A stretch of DNA of 64,000 bases from positions 6,655 to 70,654 of IMG/VR virus record IMGVR_UViG_638276462_000001; one strand, written 5' to 3'. Made by a program: the position numbers and the translations under genes. Positions 38,232 to 48,576 of this stretch are shown piece after piece. Each line of letters starts with the position of its first letter. The first letter of the stretch is position 1. Below the pieces are notes generated by a model that ran no database searches, was not told the DNA's origin, and saw only the letters and a program-made list of their open reading frames with translations. The stretch comes from a virus (lineage: Duplodnaviria; Caudoviricetes).

Positions 38232-39943
38232 CAGTCCAGGAACCGATCGAGCGCGCGGCTGGTGACCCGAATGGAAATCTCGTCGCTCAGGCGCGCCTTG
38301 GTCATGTCCTCGCACTGCACGATGCCCAGGCTCTTGGCGAACTTGAGCTGCGCGGCGCTGGGCGGCTGGTTGCGCCGCCAGCTGGCTTTCCGCTCGGGCA
38401 GCTGCTGGTCCGATTCAACGATCCACACCTCGGCGTTCTCCAGCGCGGTGGCCAGGTCGGTGAAATCGGGGTGGTCGCCGTCGATGGGGTACCGGCCGCT
38501 GGCGGTGACCCATCCCCCGCGCTTGGTGCGGGTGCCCATCTGGCCAATGGCCCAGCGCACCGTGTCGGCCTGGCCCTTGGGCGGCATGGTGTAGCCCTCG
38601 GGCATGAGGAACACCACCTGGTTGTCCTCCATCAGCGGCAGGAACGGGATGCCGCCCACGGTCTCCATCCACACCAGGTCGCTGCCCGCCAGCAGGTCGA
38701 TGGACACCATGTCCACCGGACCCTGGCGCACCACCTTGAGGTCGGGTTCGCCACCGTCGCCGGGCAGCAGGTCGTCCAGCTCGTCAAGCTCCAGCTCCTC
38801 GCCGAACTCGTCCACCTCGCGCTGCTCGGCCCCGGTGTCGAGCGCGGTCAGGTTGACCAGCTTCATGGCGCGCGTGCTGCCCGCCAGGTCGAGCACCAGG
38901 GCGTCGTCCTTGTTCGGGTACAGGCGCAGCGCCCGGCCGACCATCTGGCTGTAGAGGTTGCGGCTGCGGGTCGGTCGCGCCAGCACCACCGTGTCGCACA
39001 TGGGGAAGTCCGCGCCCTCGGTGAGCACCTGCACCGTGACCAGCGCGCGGGCGGTGCCATCGCGGAACTGTTCGTACACGGGCAGCCGGTCGGTGTAGTT
39101 CATAGCACCGGTCACGGCAACGGCGGGGAAATCGGCGTCGGTGAGCGCGTCCGCGATGTGGTGGGCAGCGTCGACACTGGCCGCGAAGATGATCGGGCGG
39201 CGGTCGGCGGCGTGCAGCTTGATCGCGTCCACGACGTACTGCGTGCACGCCTCCATTACCTCGGCCAGTTCGCCCTGGTGGAAGTCACCGGCAACGCTGC
39301 GCACGTCGTTGAGCGCGTCCAGGCCCTTGATGCGGACGGTCAGGCCACGGGGCTGCACCAGGAAGCCCTTCTTGATGGCCCACTTGATGTCCTTCTCGTA
39401 GCTGATCTTCTGGATAACGTCGCCCAGGCCGATCACGCCGCGCTCGTTGCGGTACATGGTGGCGGTGAACCCGGCCATCAGGGCGTCGTCGTAGCCGCCC
39501 AGCTCGCTGAACGTGGTGTGGAATCCCTCGGCTCCGGCGTGGTGCACCTCGTCCCAGAGGATGACGGCACGCTTGCCCAGGGCCTGGCGGCGGTGGGCGG
39601 TGGCCAGCGTCTGGAGCGTGGCGAACACGATGGGGCAGTGGTGGTCGTCCACCTCAGCGCGCACGATGCCGATGTCGCTGGCAGGGATGGTGGGATCAAC
39701 GGCCAGCAGGTCGCGGCGCATCTGGTCGAGCAGTTCGCCCCGGTGGGCCAGGGCCACCACGGGCTGGCCGCGCCGGTATGCGCGGCGGGCAATCTCACCG
39801 ATGACGCTGGACTTGCCGGAACCCGTGGGGAGGACGACACCTACACGGTTCTTGCCGCTGGCCCAATCGCGCTCTACGGAGTCGGCTGCGGCGACCTGGT
39901 AATCACGGAGCTGGCGCGGGGCCGGTGCTGCGGTGGTGGTCAT
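38231..39943 (-). CDS. SF2 DNA helicase
   Basis: LPTGSGKS, DEVHH, TAT, LTEGADFP, QMVGRALR. Confidence 0.95.
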   Translation of the reverse strand: MTTTAAPAPRQLRDYQVAAADSVERDWASGKNRVGVVLPTGSGKSSVIGEIARRAYRRGQPVVALAHRGELLDQMRRDLLAVDPTIPASDIGIVRAEVDDHHCPIVFATLQTLATAHRRQALGKRAVILWDEVHHAGAEGFHTTFSELGGYDDALMAGFTATMYRNERGVIGLGDVIQKISYEKDIKWAIKKGFLVQPRGLTVRIKGLDALNDVRSVAGDFHQGELAEVMEACTQYVVDAIKLHAADRRPIIFAASVDAAHHIADALTDADFPAVAVTGAMNYTDRLPVYEQFRDGTARALVTVQVLTEGADFPMCDTVVLARPTRSRNLYSQMVGRALRLYPNKDDALVLDLAGSTRAMKLVNLTALDTGAEQREVDEFGEELELDELDDLLPGDGGEPDLKVVRQGPVDMVSIDLLAGSDLVWMETVGGIPFLPLMEDNQVVFLMPEGYTMPPKGQADTVRWAIGQMGTRTKRGGWVTASGRYPIDGDHPDFTDLATALENAEVWIVESDQQLPERKASWRRNQPPSAAQLKFAKSLGIVQCEDMTKARLSDEISIRVTSRALDRFLD

Positions 39944-39992
39944 GTGTTGGCTTTCGTGTGGTTGTGGTGCTGGTGAAGTGTGGTGTGGTGGT

Positions 39993-40034
39993 AGTCGCCC
40001 GGCCCCACGTGGCAGGCCATGGGGCCGCGCGACT
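39993..40034 (-). other. Leader hairpin of helicase transcript
   Basis: AGTCGCGCGGCCCCA.../...TGGGGCCGGGCGACT just downstream of promoter. Confidence 0.6.
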
Positions 40035-40039
40035 CACCT

Positions 40040-40069
40040 AAACTAACCCGACTAGGGCGGGTAAGTCAA
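40040..40069 (-). promoter_or_regulatory. Cassette-type promoter/operator without the small hairpin
   Basis: TTGACT-TACCCGCCCTAGTCGGGT-TAGTTT. Confidence 0.85.
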
Positions 40070-40072
40070 CTA

Positions 40073-40318
40073 CTACTCGTAGCGACCGTCATAGTCGACG
40101 GGGTACCGGCCGCTGTCGGTCTCGAACACGTCCACGTCGCGCAGCTGCTCCACGTCGGACAGCTGGAGCTTGACTTCCACGGCGGTGCGGACGTTGCCCA
40201 CGCTGGCCAGTGCCTGGCGCACCAGGTCGGTCAGCTTCTGCTCGGCCTCGGCCACCGTGGCGGCGTAGTTGGGCGGGATGTCGACCCCGGCGCTGATGCC
40301 AGCGCGGATGACGATCAT
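40073..40318 (-). CDS. Hypothetical protein
   Basis: ATGA overlap; good codon usage. Confidence 0.65.
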   Translation of the reverse strand: MIVIRAGISAGVDIPPNYAATVAEAEQKLTDLVRQALASVGNVRTAVEVKLQLSDVEQLRDVDVFETDSGRYPVDYDGRYE

Positions 40319-40719
40319 GCTGCGATCCAACCAGGCTCGTCCCAGAGCGGCGTGTTCACCGCACCCGGCGCGTCACTGACCTCGTACTGCTCCACCCCGT
40401 TGCTGCTGAACGGGACGAAGCGGGCCGGGTAGAACGTGCAGCTGCTGTAGCCGTACCCGCCCCCGTAGCAGCTCGAATGAGCGTTGATCGTGTACGCAGG
40501 GGTGTAGAACTCCCGGTACCGGGTCCAGCTGCCGTCGGCATGGCGCGGCGTGTCGCAGATGTCGCGCCGGGTGCCCTTGCCCAGCCAAATGCCGCTGGTG
40601 GTCTGGCAGTGCGTGCCCGGCGGCAGCACGTCAGCCTTGGCCTCCACCGTGAAGGCCCCGAACGCCACCACCAGCAGGGCGTTCAGGCTGACAATGGCCA
40701 GCGCGATGCGCCGCTTCAC
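40315..40719 (-). CDS. Secreted CDGP-domain-like protein
   Basis: Signal peptide; RRDICDTPRHADGSWTRYREF. Confidence 0.7.
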   Translation of the reverse strand: MKRRIALAIVSLNALLVVAFGAFTVEAKADVLPPGTHCQTTSGIWLGKGTRRDICDTPRHADGSWTRYREFYTPAYTINAHSSCYGGGYGYSSCTFYPARFVPFSSNGVEQYEVSDAPGAVNTPLWDEPGWIAA

Positions 40720-41204
40720 TTGGCCCCGCCTGCGGTGGCAGCGGCGCGGAACAGGGCCTCCAGGTTGGTGTACCCGAACAGCTTGAGCTGGTTGGCGGTG
40801 ATGGTCTCACCGACGTGGGCCTTGAGCATGGCCACCAGGCCCAGGTAGCTGTCGCGCTGGCTGGGGCTCAGCCATCCGGCCGGGCGGGCGACGTTGTTGC
40901 GTGCATCGCGGTCGTCCACGGGCGTGGTGTACAGGTTGCGCAGGTAGTCGTCGCTGTTGACCGCGTTGCGGAACTTGCGGGCGTCGGCGGCGGTGGGCTC
41001 CCGCTTGGTCCGCAGGAACCGGGACAGCTCATCGCGCAGCGCCACCAGCTGCGGAATCTTGCTGTCGGGCGCGTGGTCGGCCTTGTACTTCTCCAGGTCG
41101 GCCTGGTACACCTCGTCGGCCTTGCCGTGCACCGCCAGCGCGGTCTCGGCGGTCTTGATGAGCGCCTGCTTGTCGAACGTGATGGACGTGGGCAGTGATG
41201 CCAT
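40716..41204 (-). CDS. Hypothetical protein
   Basis: SD AAGGAG with ACAACCAC leader. Confidence 0.75.
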   Translation of the reverse strand: MASLPTSITFDKQALIKTAETALAVHGKADEVYQADLEKYKADHAPDSKIPQLVALRDELSRFLRTKREPTAADARKFRNAVNSDDYLRNLYTTPVDDRDARNNVARPAGWLSPSQRDSYLGLVAMLKAHVGETITANQLKLFGYTNLEALFRAAATAGGAK

Positions 41205-41238
41205 GGTGCGGTTCTCCTTCGTGGTTGTGTACTGCGGG

Positions 41239-44019
41239 TTAGTCCTGGTCGTTGACTTCGGCAGCGGCCAGGTTGCGGGCCTGATCGGCAGTGTTCACGC
41301 TCGGGATGTAGCGCGCCCCCGAAGGGGTACCGGTCAGGGTCTCGATCAGCGAGTACCGAAGGCCCTTGTCGACGGCTTCGGCAATGCGCTGCTTCCAGTA
41401 GACGGGCGTGTCGGCCCGGCTCATGGCGTAGGCGTCCGGCCGCACGGCCAGGACAATCTCGGTGCGCGTGGCACCCTGCTGCGTGAGCCGGTCCACGAAC
41501 TGGCGAATGCGGATCGCGGTCTCAACGATGGGCTCGGGCAGCGCGCGGGCCAGCACGACCTCGCCCTGCATCGGGTCGACGTTGCCGTTCGGCCCGGTGA
41601 TCAACGGCGCTGACACGTCCTGCGGCAACGGATGGTTGATCATCAGCAGCGGGATGGGGTTCTCCAGCTGCTCGGCGTTCTTCTGCTTGCTGGTGGTGAT
41701 CTCGATGCACTTGCCGGGCAGCCGCCCGTTCTCGTCGGCAATCTGGGTCACGTCCCAGGTGGCCATACGCACCAGCAGCTCACTGTCCAGCGCACCGTTC
41801 AGGGCGCTGCTGCCGCGTGCGGTGTCGGGGCTGCCCTTGGCGGTGTGGTGCACCACGCAGACGCCCGCGTTGGTCAGCTCGCGCAGCTTGTCGAACCGGC
41901 GCACCGCCTTGCCCACGTCGGTCGCGCTGTTCTCCTCCAGCCCGGCCGACATACGGGCGAACGTGTCGAACACCACCAGGCCGATGCCCTGCCGCACGAT
42001 GTAGGCGGCGATCTCGCCCCAGGCTTCGTTCTGGGCGCTCACCAGGATGATGCCGTTGCCCAGCAGCAGGTCGTCGGCCAGGTCCACGTCGTGGGCGTCC
42101 TCCCACGCCTTGAGGCGCTGCACCGCGCCGCTCAGGCCCTCACCGGGCAGGTACAGCACGCGCGTCTTGCGGGTCGTGCGCCCCTGCCAGCTCTTGCCGG
42201 TGGCGATGTGGCAGAGCATGTCCAGCACGACGGTCGACTTGCCCACACCGGGCGGGCCGATGACGCTGCTGAGCCCGCCGTGCTCGATCAGCCCGTCGAT
42301 GATGTACTCCGGCGGCGGCATGTCCCGCCAGTGGCTGAACGGCGCGATGCGCGGCACCCCGCTGTGCGTGGAGTCGAACACGTCGGGGTCGGGGTCGTCC
42401 ACCTCGTCGGCGTAGGGGCTGTCGTCGGACTTGCCGAAGTCGGCAGGCAGGTCGGACAGGTCGGCGGCGTAGTCCGACCTGGGGCTTTCCTCCGGCTCGG
42501 CGCTGGCTGAGCTGGCAATATCCTCCGGCGTGGCGGTGGCCAGGTGCGCGCCAACCACCTCGTCATGCAGGTGCCACAGCTCGCCGTCATCGTCATGGGC
42601 GAACTGCCCCTCGGTGGTGTCGCAGGCCCGGCAGTACGCCTTGACCACCTCGGGGTCGTAGCCCGCCTCGGCTTCGTCGGCCAGGGCGTCGGTGTCGGGC
42701 AGGTCGAACTCCCCGTCGCCGTTCATCTTGTGCTCACGGTCGATGCCCTTGGGGTCCAGGCCCGGCTCCACGGACAGGTCCGGCGTCACGTCCATGTCGT
42801 CCATGGCCTTGCCGACGTTGCCGCCGTAGTTGATCAGCGCCACCGCCTGGAGCTTGCTGATGGTGCTGGTGCCCTTCTCGGCAACCCACTGGTCAAACGG
42901 CTCGGCAGGGTTGTCGGTCCAGATGTGCAGCGGCGCGTTCGTCTCGGTGTACCGGCCAGCGGTGCAGCCGGTGTCGTGCGCGGTGGCGCTCTTAGGGCTG
43001 GCGTGCACGCCCGGCGCGGTCCACACGGCACAGCCGCAGCTGTCGGCGCGCGGGGCCGGGGTCCAGCCCAGCGGCTCCAGAATGCTGGCCCAGCTGACGT
43101 TCTCGGCCCAACGGTCGATGTGCGTTGCCAGTTCGGGGTTCTCGGCGGTGTCACCGGCGCTGGCTTCTGCGCGCTGTACGCGGCGCTCACCGGCCTGCAT
43201 GATGGCTTCGCCCAGCCAGTCCGGCAGGTCGTACACGTGGCCCAGCTGTTCGTACGCGCCCTCGGGCCGGGTGCTCGGCGGGATCAGCACGTAGCGGCGG
43301 TCCCACAACACAGCGAACCCGTGGTCCCCGCCCCAGGTCATCGCGCCCAGGTGCCGGGGCAGCACCGGCAGGTACTTGTCCGGCACGGTGAACCAGAAGT
43401 GCCCACCATCGGCGTGCGCCCAGGTGCTGGGGTCGTTGGGGTCGGCGTCGGCACCAAACTGGCCGGGCGTGAGGATGGTGGGCGCGGGGCGCATGTCGTC
43501 GGGAATCTCCGCGACCTCGAACCACCGGTCCACCTGGGCGGCGGTGTCGCAGTCGATGACCACCACGCCGGAGCCGCCCACCTCCACCGCCAGGTTGACG
43601 GCGGCGGGCCTGGCCATGGCGATCTGGCCCGCGTCCTCGGCCTTCTTGGACCAGTCTGTCTCGTCGCCCCAGGTGCCGTCGGCCAGCACTTCCACCCACG
43701 TGCTGAACACCTGGATGTACCGCTTGAGGTACCGCTCCAGCACCGCCTTGTCGTCGGTGGCCAGCGCCAGCCCGGCCGGGCTCTTGACGGTCTGCCAATC
43801 GCGCCGCCCGGCAGCCTGGGCAGCCTCCTGGGCCAGCCGGTCGTCCTTCTTGCGGGCCTGCACGGTGCGCAGGTCAGCGGGCACCTTGCTGTCGGGGTAG
43901 ATAAACAGCAGGTGCAGACCGAGGTCGGCAGCCTGCCGGATGAACGCGCGCACGGCTTCGTGGTCGGTGTTGTCGACACCGGAGCCAAGCACTGCCTCCA
44001 GCGGTTTGGAACCAAGCAT
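41239..44019 (-). CDS. Primase-polymerase fused to RepA-like (AAA_25) helicase
   Basis: VVIDCD...GGHFWF...YVLIPPS; GPPGVGKST, VVFDTFAR, VVHHTAK..RGSSAL. Confidence 0.9.
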   Translation of the reverse strand: MLGSKPLEAVLGSGVDNTDHEAVRAFIRQAADLGLHLLFIYPDSKVPADLRTVQARKKDDRLAQEAAQAAGRRDWQTVKSPAGLALATDDKAVLERYLKRYIQVFSTWVEVLADGTWGDETDWSKKAEDAGQIAMARPAAVNLAVEVGGSGVVVIDCDTAAQVDRWFEVAEIPDDMRPAPTILTPGQFGADADPNDPSTWAHADGGHFWFTVPDKYLPVLPRHLGAMTWGGDHGFAVLWDRRYVLIPPSTRPEGAYEQLGHVYDLPDWLGEAIMQAGERRVQRAEASAGDTAENPELATHIDRWAENVSWASILEPLGWTPAPRADSCGCAVWTAPGVHASPKSATAHDTGCTAGRYTETNAPLHIWTDNPAEPFDQWVAEKGTSTISKLQAVALINYGGNVGKAMDDMDVTPDLSVEPGLDPKGIDREHKMNGDGEFDLPDTDALADEAEAGYDPEVVKAYCRACDTTEGQFAHDDDGELWHLHDEVVGAHLATATPEDIASSASAEPEESPRSDYAADLSDLPADFGKSDDSPYADEVDDPDPDVFDSTHSGVPRIAPFSHWRDMPPPEYIIDGLIEHGGLSSVIGPPGVGKSTVVLDMLCHIATGKSWQGRTTRKTRVLYLPGEGLSGAVQRLKAWEDAHDVDLADDLLLGNGIILVSAQNEAWGEIAAYIVRQGIGLVVFDTFARMSAGLEENSATDVGKAVRRFDKLRELTNAGVCVVHHTAKGSPDTARGSSALNGALDSELLVRMATWDVTQIADENGRLPGKCIEITTSKQKNAEQLENPIPLLMINHPLPQDVSAPLITGPNGNVDPMQGEVVLARALPEPIVETAIRIRQFVDRLTQQGATRTEIVLAVRPDAYAMSRADTPVYWKQRIAEAVDKGLRYSLIETLTGTPSGARYIPSVNTADQARNLAAAEVNDQD

Positions 44020-44051
44020 GAACAGGGCCTTTCGTGGTTGTGGTTGTGCGG

Positions 44052-44717
44052 TTAGACGTAGCGGCCGGGCTTGCTGGCGATGCCGCCACCGAGCGCCAGG
44101 TAACCCACCCCGTCGGTCCAGCTGTCGGCGTGGTTGGGGTTATGGATCAGGCGGGCCACCTTGAGCTGGTTCAAGCAGAGCGCCACCTGCTCGGCGGTGA
44201 CCTCGGGCAGCCCCAGGACGACCGCCCACAACTTGCCGGTCTCGGTGAAGTTCTGCTCGGCGTCACCGTAGCTGGCATTGCGGTCGCCGTTGATCAGATC
44301 GGCGGCGTGCTCGCAGATGGCCCGGCCCCGGCTGCCGGTGGTCATGTTGACCGTGGCCTCGGTGCGGGCCTTGAGGCGCTGGGCCTTGGTGTCGGGGTCC
44401 AGCTCGCCGCGCAGGTCCAGGTACTGCTCGCGGGCGCTCAGGCCGGTGAGCGGTGGAATGTCCACCTGGATGGCCTCACCCTGGTGGCAGTGGCACCCGA
44501 GCGAGTGGCTGTCGTTGGGGCAGGCGGCGGTCAGGGGCAGGTCGGCGTCGGGCATGGTGGGCTCCTCGGTGGTTGTGGTGCGGGCCAGCCTAGCTGCCCG
44601 TTCGGCGGCTTCTGGGGTGTACCAGCGGTGGATAGGGCACGCCTCGTCGTACGGTGCGTTCAGGTTGTCGCGCGGGCAGATGCACTCCTTGGGCGTGCCC
44701 GCTGGCAGGTACGGCAT
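44052..44717 (-). CDS. DUF6378-like all-alpha nucleotide pyrophosphohydrolase with N-terminal extension; second start at 44555
   Basis: AADLINGDRNASYGD..NF...W...LKVAR...DSWTDGVGY. Confidence 0.75.
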   Translation of the reverse strand: MPYLPAGTPKECICPRDNLNAPYDEACPIHRWYTPEAAERAARLARTTTTEEPTMPDADLPLTAACPNDSHSLGCHCHQGEAIQVDIPPLTGLSAREQYLDLRGELDPDTKAQRLKARTEATVNMTTGSRGRAICEHAADLINGDRNASYGDAEQNFTETGKLWAVVLGLPEVTAEQVALCLNQLKVARLIHNPNHADSWTDGVGYLALGGGIASKPGRYV

Positions 44718-44721
44718 GGCG

Positions 44722-46575
44722 CTACACCTTGGCCCAGGCTGAGCCCATGTCGGCGCGGTCGGTGCGCAGCACCGGCACCCGCTCGGCCCAGGTGATCAGG
44801 AACTCCGGCGGTGTGAGCATGATCTGCTGGACCTCCTCGGCCACCTCGGTGTCCACCACCAGTTCGTCGTGCATGGCCAGTTGGAGGTGGTCACCGATGC
44901 CGCGCCGGTCCATCTCCACGATGCTGTGCGCCAGCACGTCGTACGCGCTGCCCTGGATGGCGTAGTTCACCGCCTTGTACTCATAGCCCTGGTCCACCGG
45001 CAGAATGCGCCCGCCAGCGGTGACGACCCGGCCGTAGGTCTCGGCGACGTTCTGCACCTTGCGCATCCACCGCTCGCAGCCCTTCATCGCCTCGAACATC
45101 TGCCGCCTGATCTGCGCGGCCGACTCCTCGGTGTGGCCGATCTGGCGGGCCAGCTTGGCGATGCCCAGCCCGTACATGGTGCCCAGCAGAACCACCTTGG
45201 CTACCGGCCGGTCGATACCGGCGCTGCGCTGGATGGGCTCGTAGAGGTCTTCGCCTGCCTCGAACGGGGCCAGGAACTCGTGGTCCTTGGCCATCAGCGC
45301 CATGGTCACGGGCTCGATCTGCGACCAGTCGATAGACGTGAGGCCCTGTCCGTCGTCGGTGATGATGGCCCGCGCATCGGCGGGGAACTGCTGGAGTTCT
45401 GGACTGCCGTAGGCCATGCGGCCGGTGGCGCTGGCTCCCAGGACGCCCACCTGCGGATGGCACCGGCCGGTCACGCTGGCCTGCCGGTCGACCTTCTCCA
45501 GGTAGCCCATCACCTTGTCGATCTGGGCCAGCTTGCGCTGTGCCGCCGCCAGCGGATGGTCCAGCCCGTCAAGGTCGGCCTTGGTCGCGCGCAGCTTGCG
45601 GGTCGGGGTGCGGGGCCAGTTGGCGGGCAGCTCGCCGCGCTCGGCCAGGTACTCGACCAGCTTCGCGCCCTTGCCGCTGCCGCCTTCCAGCCCGTGCGCG
45701 GCCAGTTCGGCGATGGCCAGGTTGCGGTCGATGTCGACCTGCTCGGCGTAGCGGTCCAGGTAGGCGCGGTCCACCGCCAGGCCGACCGCCGACCGGCGCA
45801 GCATCACGCGGTGCACGGTCTCCTGTGTGGCCAGCAGCTCCTCGGCCTCGGCCTGCGTGGTGGCCCCGTACGTGGCGAACGGATGGTCGGTGGCCCAGTG
45901 CAGTGCCTTGGCGCGCATCAGCGGCTCAACGCGCAGCGTGGCCACCGTGTCGGCCATGGCACCGTAGCGGTACACCGGGCTGGTGATGTCCATGCCCTCG
46001 AATCCGGCCTGCTGCGTCTTGTAGCCCGCCGCCTTGAAGGCCCGCTCCAGCCCGCCCTTGTCGTCGTCCAGGCCCAGGTGCCGCACGCTGAGCGCGGTCA
46101 GGTTCTTGGGCACCATCACGTCCGGCACGGCGAACCTGGTGATCAGCAGCGTGTCCACGATGCGCCGGATGGTGCTGTCGTTGATCAGGCCAGCGTGGTA
46201 CAGCGGCGGCGCGTCGAACGGCACGTTGTGGAAGGCCACCGTGCGGGCGGCGTGCAGCAGCGCCACCGCGACCTCCCAGTGCTCCTCGTCACGGGCCGGG
46301 TCCAGCAGGATGGTCTGCGTGCCACCGTCGGGCCAGTCCCAGGCGGCGGTCACGCAGTTGATCGTGAACACGTTGTCCAGGCCGGGCGTCTCGATGTCGA
46401 ACGCGATGGGTGTGCTGCGGTGCGGCAGCCGATTGCAGAACTGCTCGGCGGCGCACACCGCGTTGGCCCCGGTGTGCATGGTGGCGTCCAGCACGGGGTC
46501 GTACCAGCTGCGTGACGGCACGCGGGGCACGGCGGTGGTGCCCAGCGCGGCGGCGTCGGTGGGTGTCAGCTTCAC
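44722..46575 (-). CDS. polA: DNA polymerase I (family A) with 3'-5' exonuclease
   Basis: FDIET, HNVPFD, TGRM..SPELQQ, DWSQIE, AKVVLLGTMYG, NYAIQGSA, MHDEL. Confidence 0.95.
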   Translation of the reverse strand: MKLTPTDAAALGTTAVPRVPSRSWYDPVLDATMHTGANAVCAAEQFCNRLPHRSTPIAFDIETPGLDNVFTINCVTAAWDWPDGGTQTILLDPARDEEHWEVAVALLHAARTVAFHNVPFDAPPLYHAGLINDSTIRRIVDTLLITRFAVPDVMVPKNLTALSVRHLGLDDDKGGLERAFKAAGYKTQQAGFEGMDITSPVYRYGAMADTVATLRVEPLMRAKALHWATDHPFATYGATTQAEAEELLATQETVHRVMLRRSAVGLAVDRAYLDRYAEQVDIDRNLAIAELAAHGLEGGSGKGAKLVEYLAERGELPANWPRTPTRKLRATKADLDGLDHPLAAAQRKLAQIDKVMGYLEKVDRQASVTGRCHPQVGVLGASATGRMAYGSPELQQFPADARAIITDDGQGLTSIDWSQIEPVTMALMAKDHEFLAPFEAGEDLYEPIQRSAGIDRPVAKVVLLGTMYGLGIAKLARQIGHTEESAAQIRRQMFEAMKGCERWMRKVQNVAETYGRVVTAGGRILPVDQGYEYKAVNYAIQGSAYDVLAHSIVEMDRRGIGDHLQLAMHDELVVDTEVAEEVQQIMLTPPEFLITWAERVPVLRTDRADMGSAWAKV

Positions 46576-47189
46576 GGTGCCACCCTGTTCCACGCGGTGG
46601 CCAGGGCCTCGCGCAGCTCGTCGGCGGTGCAGTCGTCGGCCAGGGCCTGCACCGCATCGCTGATGGACTCGTCCATCTCGGCGAACAGATCCTTCCGGCC
46701 CTGCTCGATGGCGTCGTTGACCTTTGTCTCCACCTCGTCGTCGGGGGTCATCGTCTCGTTGTCGATTTCCTCCTGCTGGGCGCACCCGTCGGCGTGGCCT
46801 TCGTCGTACTTGGTGGCCAGCATGTCGTCGGTGACGCCCGGCCCGGCCATCCTGCCCGCGCTGCCCGGCGGGCAGGTGTACTGGCCGGTCTCGGTGTGGA
46901 TCCATCCCCGGTCAGGCCCATCCGTGGTGTGCACCGGGTGGCTGCACTCGGGGCACGCGCCCCGGTCGGTCAGGTACTCGGTGGCGATGTCCAGAGGGTG
47001 CGGCAGCCCGTTGGCTGGGTCGGCGTGCAGATCGGGGGCCTGGGCCTCCAGCGCGTCGGCCGCGTTGCGCAGGCGCTTGAGCATGGCCTGGCTGACGTTT
47101 CCGGTGATGTCTACCCCGCCGGTCTCCAGCACCAGGATGGTCGTGCGCACCTGGGCGGCGGTCACGCTGGTCTCCAGCTCGATGGTCAC
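46572..47189 (-). CDS. Hypothetical protein with Zn-ribbon-like insert
   Basis: GTGA overlaps; CPEC..H..WIH..C. Confidence 0.7.
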   Translation of the reverse strand: MTIELETSVTAAQVRTTILVLETGGVDITGNVSQAMLKRLRNAADALEAQAPDLHADPANGLPHPLDIATEYLTDRGACPECSHPVHTTDGPDRGWIHTETGQYTCPPGSAGRMAGPGVTDDMLATKYDEGHADGCAQQEEIDNETMTPDDEVETKVNDAIEQGRKDLFAEMDESISDAVQALADDCTADELREALATAWNRVAP

Positions 47190-47791
47190 AGGAAAACCCT
47201 CTCGATCGCGTAGTTCAGTGATTCACGGGTGACGCCTACGTTCTGCCAGCCGCGCAGCACGTCGGCCAGCTCGCCCAGCGACGGGGCCTGGTCCAGCTCG
47301 GGCTCGTCGTCAGGATCAACGGCGTCGGGCTCGGGGTCCAGGTATGCCTCGAACGCGCGGGCCGTCTCGATGATGGCACCGTTGCGGTCGCGGATTGCAG
47401 ACATGCCCTGCCAGGCCCGGCTCGCGCACTCCAGGGCCTTCTCGCGCGCCCAGGTGCCGCCGTGGGTGCAGCTGGTGAGCGTTTCGCCCAGCAGCGGCAA
47501 CTCAGCGCCCAGGTACTGGTCGTGGTGGTACTCGCCAACGCGCACCACCTGGCAGGGGAACGTGACCCCGGCCGACGCGATGGTCATTGGATCCCAGCCG
47601 CCGGGGCTGATCCACACGTCGACCTGGGGCAGGCCCGACTCCGTGGTGACCTCGCGGCGCACGAACGCCACCGCCTCGCTGGTGCGATCGTTGGGGATGC
47701 GCAGCCAGCTGATGACGCTGCCGTCGGGCAGGGTGCGCAGGTGGGCCTCGTCCTTGATGTAGGCGTCCTCGGCCCAGGGTGCGGAGGTCAT
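47186..47791 (-). CDS. Hypothetical protein
   Basis: ATGA overlap chain. Confidence 0.7.
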   Translation of the reverse strand: MTSAPWAEDAYIKDEAHLRTLPDGSVISWLRIPNDRTSEAVAFVRREVTTESGLPQVDVWISPGGWDPMTIASAGVTFPCQVVRVGEYHHDQYLGAELPLLGETLTSCTHGGTWAREKALECASRAWQGMSAIRDRNGAIIETARAFEAYLDPEPDAVDPDDEPELDQAPSLGELADVLRGWQNVGVTRESLNYAIERVFL

Positions 47792-48234
47792 TCGTGGTCA
47801 CCACCGTTGGCGGCGACACCGGCCACCGCCTGCTCGTAGGCGGTGAGGGCTGCGGCCACCGCGCCGGGCAGGTCGCCCTTGTCCAGGTGGTGGTGGCTGC
47901 CGTACTCGCGCCATTCCCGTTTGCGGGTGATCTTGTCGCTGACGCCGCCGTTCTTGAGGCGCAGCGGGCCGGACAGCGTGACGCCCTGGAGGTGCCCGTC
48001 GTCCCACCGGGCCACCATGAACTCCGGCTGGAACGACGCGGTGCGGCTGAACTCGGCGGCGGTGTCGGGCACGCTGCCGGGCTTCACGCCAAAGTTGGCG
48101 CGGTGCTCAACGGTGACATCGGCGTCCTTGGTGGGCACCCGGCGCACCCGCGTGGTGGTGACGCTGGACAGCCAGTCGATGTCGGTGGTGCCGGTAACCG
48201 GCCCTTCGATGAAGCCGATGGTGGGCTCGGGCAT
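47788..48234 (-). CDS. Hypothetical protein
   Basis: SD AAGGAG with ACCACAACCAC leader. Confidence 0.75.
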   Translation of the reverse strand: MPEPTIGFIEGPVTGTTDIDWLSSVTTTRVRRVPTKDADVTVEHRANFGVKPGSVPDTAAEFSRTASFQPEFMVARWDDGHLQGVTLSGPLRLKNGGVSDKITRKREWREYGSHHHLDKGDLPGAVAAALTAYEQAVAGVAANGGDHE

Positions 48235-48267
48235 GGTGGGTTCTCCTTCGTGGTTGTGGTGCGGTGG

Positions 48268-48576
48268 TCAAACGTGCTGGTCGTACAGCGCCAGCGTGGG
48301 AACGTCGTTGTACTGGTCGGTGGGGCGCAGCGTGACGGGCTGGTCGGGGAACAGGGTGGCCTCCACCTCGGCACCGTAGCCGTACACCACGTGCGTCTCG
48401 CTCTCGTTGTGGCTGAGCTGGCGCAGCTCCCCGGTGATCACCGTGGCGGTCTCGCGCTGGGCGTCCCACTGGCGGAACCGGATGGTCTGGCCGATGTCCT
48501 TGCCGGACAGCTCGGACGCCTGCACGAACGTGTTGCGCTTGAACCGGCTCTCCGGCTGGACCTCGTTCTCGCTCAC
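48268..48576 (-). CDS. Hypothetical protein
   Basis: GTGA overlap; 3' part of ORF 48268..49014. Confidence 0.65.
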   Translation of the reverse strand: MSENEVQPESRFKRNTFVQASELSGKDIGQTIRFRQWDAQRETATVITGELRQLSHNESETHVVYGYGAEVEATLFPDQPVTLRPTDQYNDVPTLALYDQHV

